DNA of 55,717 bases from positions 1-55,717 of the forward strand of contig JBJXFJ010000245.1 of NCBI GenBank assembly GCA_046154735.1, given 5' to 3'. Position 1 is the stretch's first letter; every line of letters starts with the position of its first letter. This document shows positions 40,393 through 48,359 of the stretch, in pieces. The notes beneath the pieces are model-generated. The model was not told where the DNA came from, searched no databases, and saw nothing but the letters and a program-made list of their open reading frames with translations. Source of the stretch: Chloroflexota bacterium. GTDB lineage: Bacteria; Chloroflexota; UBA6077; JACCZL01. Position numbers and translations under genes: made by a program.

Positions 40393-41145
40393 ATGAAGGG
40401 CGTCATCCTCGCCGGGGGATCCGGCACTCGCCTGCACCCGCTGACCCGCATTACAAATAAACACTTGCTCCCGCTTTATGACAAGCCGATGATTTACTAC
40501 CCCATCCAGACTCTGGCTGAGGCGGGTGTCGATGAGATCATGCTTGTGACTGGCGGAAATAACGCCGGTGATTTCCTGCGCCTTCTCGGGGACGGACGGG
40601 AGTTTGGCCTCCGCCAGCTCAATTATGCTTACCAGGAGCGCGCCGGCGGAATTGCTGAGGCCATCGGTCTCGCCCGGAGGTTCGTCGATGGGGAAAAGTT
40701 CGTCGTCATCCTCGGGGATAACATCGTTGATCACAGCATCAAATCCTCCGTCGATAACTTCCAGCATCAGTCCGCGGGTGCCCGGATTCTGCTTACCGAG
40801 GTTGCCAACCCGCAGAGCTATGGCGTCCCAATTATTGAGGGCAATCGAATCCTCTTCATCCAGGAGAAGCCGCAATTCCCCCGCTCCAATTACGCCGTCA
40901 CGGGAATTTATCTGTATGACGACGCCATCTGGGACATTCTCACCACGCTCATCCCTTCCGGCCGCGGCGAGCTCGAGGTCACTGACGTCAATAACGCATA
41001 CATCGATCGTGGCGTTATGGAGTACGACATCCTAGATGGATGGTGGGGCGACGCCGGCGAATCGATCGAATCCTACTATGAAACGTTTCGCTTTCTCGCC
41101 GAGCGCTCGCGCGCGGTCACTCCGGCCGAGGCTCATGCGTCATGA
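40393..41145 (+). CDS. rmlA: Glucose-1-phosphate thymidylyltransferase-like sugar nucleotidyltransferase (short form)
   Basis: 250-aa ORF with the N-terminal GGSGTRLHPLT motif, adjacent to and overlapping rmlB by 4 nt. Confidence 0.85.
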   Translation: MKGVILAGGSGTRLHPLTRITNKHLLPLYDKPMIYYPIQTLAEAGVDEIMLVTGGNNAGDFLRLLGDGREFGLRQLNYAYQERAGGIAEAIGLARRFVDGEKFVVILGDNIVDHSIKSSVDNFQHQSAGARILLTEVANPQSYGVPIIEGNRILFIQEKPQFPRSNYAVTGIYLYDDAIWDILTTLIPSGRGELEVTDVNNAYIDRGVMEYDILDGWWGDAGESIESYYETFRFLAERSRAVTPAEAHAS

Positions 41146-42158
41146 AGCTCGTAGTAACGGGCGGGGCTGGCTTCATTGGTAGTCACTTCGTGCATCTCAT
41201 CCTGGAATCCCGATCAGACGTCTCGGTCACGGTCCTGGACGCACTCACCTATGCGGGCAACCCGGCGAATCTCGAGGACCTTGTAGATCATCCACGCTAT
41301 GCATTTGTTCACGGTAACATCGCCGACCCCGCCCTCGTGGATCAGGTGGTGGCTGGACAAGACGCGGTTGTAAATTTCGCCGCTGAAACCCACGTTGACC
41401 GCTCCATCCTCGATGCCGGCGGGTTTATTCGCACCGACGTAGAGGGCACCTGGGTACTGCTCGATGCAGCCCGCCGCCATGGCGTGAGCCGCTATCTCCA
41501 GGTCAGCACGGATGAAGTGTATGGAGAAGTGCTCAGTGGCGCCTCTCGCGAAGATGATCCTCTTGAGCCACGCAGCCCCTATGCCGCGAGCAAGGCCGGT
41601 GGCGACTTGATGGTCCGGGCGTACGGGGTGACCCACGGACTGCCCGTGCTCATCACGCGCGGGGCCAACACCATCGGTCCAAACCAGTACCCGGAAAAAG
41701 TGGTGCCGTTGTTCACCACCAACGCAATCGATAATCTGCCCCTGCCTATCTATGGCGATGGCGGGGCGCTACGTGACTACATAGACGTGGCCGATCATTG
41801 CTCGGCCATCGCCACGGTACTGGAGCGCGGTGAGCCTGGGCAGATCTATAACATTGGCGCGGGTCACGCGATCAATACTCTGCAGGTGGCCGACTCCATT
41901 CTCAGCATTCTGGGTAAGCCCGACAGCCTGAAGAAATATGTTCCCGATCGCCCTGGGCATGATCGACGCTACAGCGTGGACGCGTCAAAAACTGAGGCCC
42001 TTGGCTGGGCACCGCAGCGCGATTTCGTCGCGGCCATGGAGCGCACCGTGCGCTGGTACGCTGAGCACGAGTCATGGTGGCGACCACTTAAGGACGCGAG
42101 CTTCCAAGAATACTATCGCCAGAACTACACCTCCCGCGAGGAGGCCGCGGCGTCCTAA
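41142..42158 (+). CDS. rmlB: dTDP-glucose 4,6-dehydratase
   Basis: 338-aa SDR-family ORF with GGAGFIGS, the catalytic YAASK, and a typical RmlB length and C-terminus. Confidence 0.93.
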   Translation: MKLVVTGGAGFIGSHFVHLILESRSDVSVTVLDALTYAGNPANLEDLVDHPRYAFVHGNIADPALVDQVVAGQDAVVNFAAETHVDRSILDAGGFIRTDVEGTWVLLDAARRHGVSRYLQVSTDEVYGEVLSGASREDDPLEPRSPYAASKAGGDLMVRAYGVTHGLPVLITRGANTIGPNQYPEKVVPLFTTNAIDNLPLPIYGDGGALRDYIDVADHCSAIATVLERGEPGQIYNIGAGHAINTLQVADSILSILGKPDSLKKYVPDRPGHDRRYSVDASKTEALGWAPQRDFVAAMERTVRWYAEHESWWRPLKDASFQEYYRQNYTSREEAAAS

Positions 42159-42162
42159 ACCC

Positions 42163-42182
42163 ATCGCCGGTATCGCGGCGAT
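42163..42182 (+). terminator. Hairpin after rmlB (possible terminator, no U-tract)
   Basis: ATCGCCG (42163-42169) pairs with CGGCGAT (42176-42182), a 7-bp perfect stem with a 6-nt loop, 5 nt after the rmlB stop. It is followed by CAAACG rather than a T-run. Confidence 0.3.
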
Positions 42183-42372
42183 CAAACGCCAAGCAAAGCG
42201 GTCGTATCAGTCATGCCGCAATTCATCAACGCTCAATGGCAGTAGCCTGACCACCTTCACGGTGTCCGGGTGTTCAGAATACTGTCAATGCGTTACCTCG
42301 CGTAACCTGTACGCACCCAGGTGTACCAGGTTGACAGTATAATTCCCGCGCGAACGAGCCAGAGGGAGTAGG

Positions 42373-43653
42373 ATGCCGGTTTTTGCAGTTGTCGGAGGGC
42401 AGTGGGGGGATGAGGGGAAAGGCAAGGTCATAGACCTGCTTGCCGGGAAAGCACAGGTTGTTGTGCGCGCACAGGGCGGCGATAACGCCGGTCACACCAT
42501 CGTCAACTCCCAGGGTAAATTCGCTCTCCACCTTGTGCCCGCGGGCATATTCAATCCGGCAACACTCTGTGTCATCGGTCCGGGTGTGGCTTTGAACCCT
42601 ACCGCGCTCGTTGCCGAGCTTGACGAGCTCCATGCGCGCGGCGTTCAGACCGGGAATCTTCGGATCAGTGAACGAGCGCACTTGATTCTGCCCTATCACA
42701 TGCTCCTGGACCGCTTAGAAGAAGAGCGCCGAGGAAATGGTGGCCTTGGTACCACGGGTCGAGGCGTTGGCCCGTCATACGTGGACAAAGTGAGTCGGCG
42801 TGGCATCCGCGCAGGAGATTTACTGAATCGAGACCACTTCCGCGCCCGAGTTGCGCAGGCGGCGGAACATCTTGCGCCCGTCCTCGGCACCGCCGGTCTT
42901 ACTCTTTCTGTTGACGATATCTGCGATGAGTATCTGGCAATTGCTGACCGACTACGCGGCCAGATAGTTGAAGTCTCCACGAGTATTCAGGAAGCAATCG
43001 ATCAAGGGCAGACAATCCTCATTGAAGGCGCTCAGGGTTCATTGCTTGATCTGGACCACGGTACCTATCCCTATGTGACATCGTCTTCGCCCACTGTCGC
43101 CGGGCTGTGCCTCGGAGCAGGAATCGGTCCGCGGCATCTGACCCAGGCGCTGGGCGTCTTTAAAGCCTATTCCACGCGCGTAGGGACGGGGCCCATGCCT
43201 ACCGAGTCGAACGATGCCATTGGAACGTTCCTCCGAGAAGTGGGGCATGAGTACGGCACCACAACCGGGCGCCCGCGACGCTGCGGATGGTTTGACGCGG
43301 TGGTGGGCCGTCACTCTGCGATTGTGAATGGATTGGACGCAATCGTCCTGACCCGGCTCGATATCCTCGACAATCTTGATGAGCTCAAGATTTGTGTGGC
43401 TTACGAGCTCGATGGACAGCGGATCCAGCACATGCCGGCGAGCTCTGAAGACCTGGATCGGTGTACACCAATATACGAGACTTTGTCTGGCTGGACACGT
43501 CCCGTCGCCCATGTGCGCGAGTGGGACCAACTGCCCAACGAAGCACAGGCCTATGTCAAGCGCCTCGAATCGCTCATGCGGGTGCCAATCACGTATATAG
43601 GGATAGGTGAGAGCCGCGAGGACATGATTGTTCTCAATGCCGAGGTTGCCTAA
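42373..43653 (+). CDS. purA: Adenylosuccinate synthetase
   Basis: 426-aa ORF with the canonical N-terminus VVGGQWGDEGKGK and the GTTGRGIGP-like motif. Confidence 0.97.
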   Translation: MPVFAVVGGQWGDEGKGKVIDLLAGKAQVVVRAQGGDNAGHTIVNSQGKFALHLVPAGIFNPATLCVIGPGVALNPTALVAELDELHARGVQTGNLRISERAHLILPYHMLLDRLEEERRGNGGLGTTGRGVGPSYVDKVSRRGIRAGDLLNRDHFRARVAQAAEHLAPVLGTAGLTLSVDDICDEYLAIADRLRGQIVEVSTSIQEAIDQGQTILIEGAQGSLLDLDHGTYPYVTSSSPTVAGLCLGAGIGPRHLTQALGVFKAYSTRVGTGPMPTESNDAIGTFLREVGHEYGTTTGRPRRCGWFDAVVGRHSAIVNGLDAIVLTRLDILDNLDELKICVAYELDGQRIQHMPASSEDLDRCTPIYETLSGWTRPVAHVREWDQLPNEAQAYVKRLESLMRVPITYIGIGESREDMIVLNAEVA

Positions 43654-43887
43654 GCTCGGAAACTTATCAACACACCACTTCTGGCGTGGGAGCGCAACCG
43701 ATTCTGGCGCACCCGATCATCCTCCTCCACCGGTGAACCTGTCATACTGATCGTGTGACATCCGCGGGTTGTGGTACCCGGGCACTCCGAACCAGCCCCG
43801 CACATACCGTCCGCGCCTGACGCATCAAGGCTCTCTGCAAAAGCCGGCGCACCCCCATTTCGCCATTTCCAGGAGATCCAGATAGCA

Positions 43888-46134
43888 GTGCTTGATCGAT
43901 CTGTGCTGAAAGAAAACCAGATGTTTCTGGTGACCGATCCGAGCGGCGATGTTCGTTCAGGCAATGTGGATGGGCAAGGCCTTTATTGGCGTGATACGCG
44001 CTTTCTGAGCATCTTTGAGCTCAAGATCAACGGCGAATATCCTCAACTCCTGTCCACCTCGGGCGAGCACAATTTCATGACGAATCTGCAGTTCGCCAAT
44101 CCGCAGCTCATCGATTCTATGGGCGTTCCTGTTGCGGCACGAACGGTGAGCATCAGGCGGAATCGATTCCTCCACAACGGCCTACATGAACGCCTAGGTT
44201 TCTTTAACTACAACACGCACGTTGTGACGCTTGACGTGGTTCTCCGAATCGGGTCCGACTTTCGAGATATGTTTGATGTGCGCGGCTACCTGCGCCGCAC
44301 GGAATTTGGGGAGATCCTCAAACCTGTTACCGCAGCCGGCGAGCTCATTTTCGGCTACCGTGGGCTCGATGCCACCGAACGAGAGACCGTAGTCCGGTTT
44401 GACCGGGAATCAACGGGCAGGACCACCCACACCCCGGCACGGATCCAAGAGTCCCAGCGCGAGCTGCCCGGAATTAGCGGCACCGGGGATCCGCGCATGG
44501 ACACCATCGTGGACCCAGCCTGGGCGGATGTTCACTTCCGTATAGAGATTCCACCGGCTCAGTACCGTGTGATTACAACGCTGATCGAGCCACGGATCAA
44601 GGACGATGCGGTTGAACGGCCGGACTCACGGGGCCTCAGCCTGGATCAGGAATTTCTACTCATTCGTGATTCGTACACGGTCTGGGCGGATAGCAGCACA
44701 TCGATCCGCACCGACAATGAAATGCTCAATGCAGTGATTCGTCGCTCATCGAGCGATCTTCGCCTCTTGAGCGACCAGGTTCCAGATGGATACCTACCGT
44801 CCGCGGGGATTCCGTGGTTCAGCGTACCCTTCGGCCGCGATAGCCTTATCACCTCCCTGCAAGCACTACCTCTCAACCCGAACATCGCCTACGCCACGCT
44901 TCGATTCCTTGCGCGATACCAGGGGACACGGGTGGACGATTGGCGTGATGAAGAACCCGGCAAGATTCTTCACGAGATTCGGTTGGGCGAGGTGGCCAAG
45001 CTCGGGAAAGTCCCTCATACGCCCTACTACGGGAGCGTGGATTCCACTCCACTCTTCTTGATTACCTTGAGTGAGTTCATCCGTTGGACCGGGGATCTGG
45101 ATTTTGGGCGAGCCATGTTGCCGCACGTGGAGGCAGCCCTGCACTGGATTGACAACTATGGCGATCTGGACGGCGATGGATTTCTGGAATACCGCTCCCG
45201 ATCCGACACTGGAATACGGAATCAAGGCTGGAAGGACTCCCACGATTCCATTGCACTGCGGGATGGACGGCTCGTTGAGCCGCCCATCGCACTCAGCGAG
45301 GTTCAGGGATACGCCTACGACGCCAAGGTTCGGATGGCTGAGCTGTTCACACTATTGGGACAACCCGAGCGCGGACTAGCGCTTCAAAACCAGGCCGAAA
45401 GGCTTCAGAGGATCTACACTGAGCAATTCTGGATGGAGGACGAAGGGTTTTATGCGATGGCGCTTGGCCCAGAGAAGGAGCAGGTTCGGTCGATTGGCTC
45501 AAACGTGGGCCACAATCTCTGGAGCGGCATCATCCCAGAAGAGCGGCAGGAAGTGGTTGGTCGGCGCATCATGTCTGAGGATCTCCGCTGCGGCTGGGGA
45601 ATAAGAACGCTCAGTAGCCATGAACCGCACTTCAATCCAATGAGTTATCACAACGGGAGCGTCTGGCCCCATGATAACTCGCTCATCATTGCCGGACTGA
45701 AGCGAGCCAATCTGGACCGAGAAGCCGCGATCGTCGCAGGCGAGCTTATTGACGCCGCCGTTCGATTTCCGAGCTATAGACTACCTGAGGTGTATTGCGG
45801 CTTTGCTCGCGATCGTCGCTATTTCTCGATGCCCGCGCAATATCCCGTATCGTGCAGTCCGCAGGCATGGGCTGCGGCCAGCGTGTTTCTCATGCTGCGC
45901 ACGCTTATCGGCCTTGAGGTAAATGCTCCCGCGCGGCGCCTGACCCTGCGACCATGTCTCCCTGCGGGTCTACATGTGGTTGAGCTAAAGAATCTCCGAG
46001 TCGCCGGTGGGAGTATCGATATTCGTGTCGAGCAGCGCGGTGATAGGGTGGAAGTGGAAACGTCCGCGCACCCCGGATTCGAGGTCATCGTGATGGAATC
46101 GAGAGGTCGGGAGCCCGCCTTCGCCCAGCCATAA
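43888..46134 (+). CDS. Amylo-alpha-1,6-glucosidase / glycogen debranching enzyme-family protein (GDE_N_bis plus GDE_C type)
   Basis: The family-typical N-terminus (MFLVTDPSGDV...GLYWRDTRFLS) lies just after GTG 43888, which has AGGAG 12 nt upstream. The C-terminal (alpha/alpha)6 region carries GIPWF-VPFGRDS and YHNGSVWPHDN. The track start at 43771 adds a low-complexity extension. Confidence 0.85.
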   Translation: MLDRSVLKENQMFLVTDPSGDVRSGNVDGQGLYWRDTRFLSIFELKINGEYPQLLSTSGEHNFMTNLQFANPQLIDSMGVPVAARTVSIRRNRFLHNGLHERLGFFNYNTHVVTLDVVLRIGSDFRDMFDVRGYLRRTEFGEILKPVTAAGELIFGYRGLDATERETVVRFDRESTGRTTHTPARIQESQRELPGISGTGDPRMDTIVDPAWADVHFRIEIPPAQYRVITTLIEPRIKDDAVERPDSRGLSLDQEFLLIRDSYTVWADSSTSIRTDNEMLNAVIRRSSSDLRLLSDQVPDGYLPSAGIPWFSVPFGRDSLITSLQALPLNPNIAYATLRFLARYQGTRVDDWRDEEPGKILHEIRLGEVAKLGKVPHTPYYGSVDSTPLFLITLSEFIRWTGDLDFGRAMLPHVEAALHWIDNYGDLDGDGFLEYRSRSDTGIRNQGWKDSHDSIALRDGRLVEPPIALSEVQGYAYDAKVRMAELFTLLGQPERGLALQNQAERLQRIYTEQFWMEDEGFYAMALGPEKEQVRSIGSNVGHNLWSGIIPEERQEVVGRRIMSEDLRCGWGIRTLSSHEPHFNPMSYHNGSVWPHDNSLIIAGLKRANLDREAAIVAGELIDAAVRFPSYRLPEVYCGFARDRRYFSMPAQYPVSCSPQAWAAASVFLMLRTLIGLEVNAPARRLTLRPCLPAGLHVVELKNLRVAGGSIDIRVEQRGDRVEVETSAHPGFEVIVMESRGREPAFAQP

Positions 46135-46273
46135 CACCGGCGGGTCTTGTTCGCGAGACCTGCGTTGACCTTTGACCCTTGCATGGGGCGTGCCTTCTCA
46201 TCCCGCGCATCAGCCGTAGCTCGTTTAAGGAGTTGATTCTCGCTGAGATACAGGCGTAATAAGGAGAGATGTT

Positions 46274-46618
46274 GTGGGACGCTCACACGTATTTGGAGGA
46301 GCATTGCTCCTTGCCACAGCCATTGCTGCTGCAACCAGTTTCACGGAACCGTCGGTTGCCGATGCCGCCGAAAAGATCACCATCTGCCATCGCACCAATA
46401 GCATCCTGAATCCATACGAAACGATCTCGGTGTCCCTGAATTCTCTCGGAAACGGGAACAGTGGGCGAGGGGGCCACGCCGCGCCGCATGAGGGTCCCCG
46501 CTTTGATCCCACCATTCACACTCATTCTGGGGACGATTGGGGTGACATACTCTACGGTGCCTTGTTGGACGAAGAGGACGAATACGGCTGTGCCCTGATT
46601 GACGTCGGGCCCGGTTAG
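46274..46618 (+). CDS. Small secreted His-rich protein of unknown function (2 Cys in the mature part)
   Basis: 114-aa ORF with a GTG start 7 nt after a strong AAGGAG (46261-46266). The signal-peptide-like N-terminus is GRSHVFGGALLLATAIAAATSFTEPSVADA. The mature part contains KITICHRTNSILNPYETISV, HAAPHEGP, TIHTHSGDDWGD and EYGC. Confidence 0.6.
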   Translation: MGRSHVFGGALLLATAIAAATSFTEPSVADAAEKITICHRTNSILNPYETISVSLNSLGNGNSGRGGHAAPHEGPRFDPTIHTHSGDDWGDILYGALLDEEDEYGCALIDVGPG

Positions 46619-46941
46619 ACACTGAGCCAACACGCACAGGAACAACTACAGCGGAATGCGTCCCCGGGGATACCTGGGGCCGCTTCAGCGTGCGCTGAAT
46701 GTCCATTCCTCTGTCCGTGAAGGTGCTACCAAGGTGTGAAGCCATTGGCAGCTAGGAGCGCAACATCTGACTGATACTCTGGCCTGATACCCAGATTGAT
46801 CAGGAGGTCCCCTTTGCGGGCCACCATCATCAATTCAGCGAAGTGGTTGGATGCGCGCGGCTGGAACCCCTGCGTGACCATCTGACTCAAGCAAGCGGGG
46901 CATTCCTTCCGAGCTCAGACCCGCACACGGCTGATCCCAGA

Positions 46942-48009
46942 TTAGCCCCTCATCAATGCTTGGAGCAGATCCGCGACACGCTCAGCGGCATCCAGGGGAA
47001 GCAGCCCGCGTGCTGCCGCTGAAAGCTCGGCCCTCCGTTCCGAGGTCGAGACAAGGCTCAGGATCGTCTCAGCGAGCTTCGCCGAGGTGAGCGTATCCTC
47101 ATCCAGAACGATGGCTGCGCCGCGCTCGCCAAACGCCTCCGCGTTGGCGAGCTGATGAGAGCGTGGCATGGGTATCACAATCGCTGGCAGGCCGAGCGCC
47201 CCAATCTCACTGAGGGTGCCCAACCCTGCGCGCGAAACGATGATCGTCGCCGCATTCAAGGCATCAGCCATAGCCTCAACAAAAAATGCGCGCTGGATAT
47301 AGCGCGACGAATTCGCTTGTGCCGAAACTTCGCGTCCCGCTCCCGTGAGGTGAATGATCTGGACAGACTCGACGAGGAGCACCGCGGCTTCTGCGACAAT
47401 CTGATTCAGACGCAACGCGCCCGTGCCACCCCCCGTCACCAGCACGGTTGGAAACGTGGGATCAAGATTCATAGACCTGATAAATCGTTCACCGCTGCCG
47501 GCAAGTATCGAGCGACGCACCGGATTACCCAGCAGTGTTGTTCTGGAAACTGGAAAATGACGCCTGGATTGTTCAAACGTCACGCTGACTGAAGCGGCGG
47601 CCGGAACAAGCAGTCGATTCGCAAGACCCGGAATGACATCTTGCTGATGAATGTGAACCGGAATGTTGAGCAGTCGCGAGGCCCAGAGCGGCGGCACACT
47701 CGCAAAACCACCCGCACCAAACGCGACATCCGGGCGGAAGGCGCGTATCGCCTGAATCGAACGGAGCACCCCGCCAAGCGTTCTTGCGACGTCGGTGACA
47801 TTGGCGGCGCTCAAGTACCTTCGAAGCTTGCCCGCAGGCACGCTCAAGAACGGGATGCCCACGGCCTCAACAAGCGCTCGTTCCGGACCCGTGGACGTGC
47901 CAATGTAGACGAACGTCACTGTTGGGTCTCGCGCACGCAGGACCTCCGCTACAGCGAGCACCGGTGTCGCTGAGCCACCGGAACCTCCCCCCGCAAGTAA
48001 GACCCGCAT
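46942..48009 (-). CDS. murG: MurG-like GT28 glycosyltransferase (UDP-GlcNAc:lipid I transferase family), divergent and outside any dcw cluster in this window
   Basis: Begins MRVLLAGGGSGGSATPVLAVAEVL and has the overall two-domain MurG layout (HQQD...PGLANR, LVTGGGTGA, AGLGTLSE). The start is set to ATG 48009. The 80-aa Arg-rich extension in the track (to 48249) looks spurious. Confidence 0.8.
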   Translation of the reverse strand: MRVLLAGGGSGGSATPVLAVAEVLRARDPTVTFVYIGTSTGPERALVEAVGIPFLSVPAGKLRRYLSAANVTDVARTLGGVLRSIQAIRAFRPDVAFGAGGFASVPPLWASRLLNIPVHIHQQDVIPGLANRLLVPAAASVSVTFEQSRRHFPVSRTTLLGNPVRRSILAGSGERFIRSMNLDPTFPTVLVTGGGTGALRLNQIVAEAAVLLVESVQIIHLTGAGREVSAQANSSRYIQRAFFVEAMADALNAATIIVSRAGLGTLSEIGALGLPAIVIPMPRSHQLANAEAFGERGAAIVLDEDTLTSAKLAETILSLVSTSERRAELSAAARGLLPLDAAERVADLLQALMRG

Positions 48010-48274
48010 AACCCACGGGGATTCTAGCAGGGAGTTTCGTTCAGCCACATTGAGATGTCTCGTGGCGTATCTGAATCGTTTCCAACCCTGTGCTCCGAAT
48101 CTGGAACGTTGCGTGACCGCTTCTGGAGTGCGGCGTGCCAGAGCGCCGCATTGGATGTACCCTAACCCTGTTCGGGGGGATAAGGAAAGCGTCGCTCCCG
48201 TACGCCGCACACCAAACGGTGGGCACGAATCGCCCCAGCTTCGGAGCATGCGGCCTCCAGGCCTTTTCGCATAC

Positions 48275-48303
48275 TTGACGCCCGCATCCCCCGGTCATAA
48301 GCT
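48275..48303 (+). promoter_or_regulatory. Candidate promoter of the hem operon
   Basis: TTGACG (48275-48280), exactly 17 nt, TAAGCT (48298-48303), about 57 nt upstream of ATG 48360. Confidence 0.4.
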
Positions 48304-48320
48304 ATATACAGCACAGACAG

Positions 48321-48350
48321 CATAGAGTTTGATAGATTTTGATAGATTCT
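48321..48350 (+). repeat. Three tandem 10-bp AT-rich repeats between promoter and first hem-operon gene
   Basis: CATAGAGTTT GATAGATTTT GATAGATTCT, consensus (C/G)ATAGA(G/T)TT(T/C)T with one-helical-turn spacing. It is strikingly AT-rich against GC-rich surroundings. Confidence 0.8.
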
Positions 48351-48359
48351 GGCCCGCCC

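Noticed and set aside
40207-40875. 222-aa ORF antisense to the rmlA-like gene. Similar long antisense ORFs: 1675-2283 and 2482-2919 (secA), 8454-9242 (tilS), 14687-15175 (carB), 20023-20514 (PucR regulator), 25099-25758 (recA), 36288-36884 (sugar transferase), 43039-43530 (purA), 52429-53037 (cobA-hemD)
   Set aside because: Each lies opposite a gene with unmistakable family motifs. Their products are Arg/Ser/Pro-rich low-complexity sequences. Long antisense open frames are expected in GC-rich DNA.
43650-43964. 104-aa minus-strand ORF in the purA / debranching-enzyme intergenic region
   Set aside because: It overlaps the 5' end of the plus-strand debranching-enzyme gene, has no SD and shows no family resemblance.
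46942-48249. Long N-terminal extensions in the ORF track: murG to 48249, debranching enzyme from 43771, aroK from 29913, PD40 protein to 10626, pyrD to 11590, hemB from 53353, hemL from 54354, recA to 25653
   Set aside because: The extensions overlap upstream genes or are Arg-rich and non-homologous. Family-typical N-termini, SD sequences or ATGA/GTGA coupling support the downstream starts used in the feature list.
48010-48270. Riboswitch or leader RNA in the 260-nt stretch upstream of the murG-like gene, and GGCC-TCCA-GGCC-TTTTCG (48252-48269) as a plus-strand terminator
   Set aside because: I found no recognisable aptamer motif. The hairpin stem is only 4-5 bp, and there is no upstream plus-strand gene to terminate.
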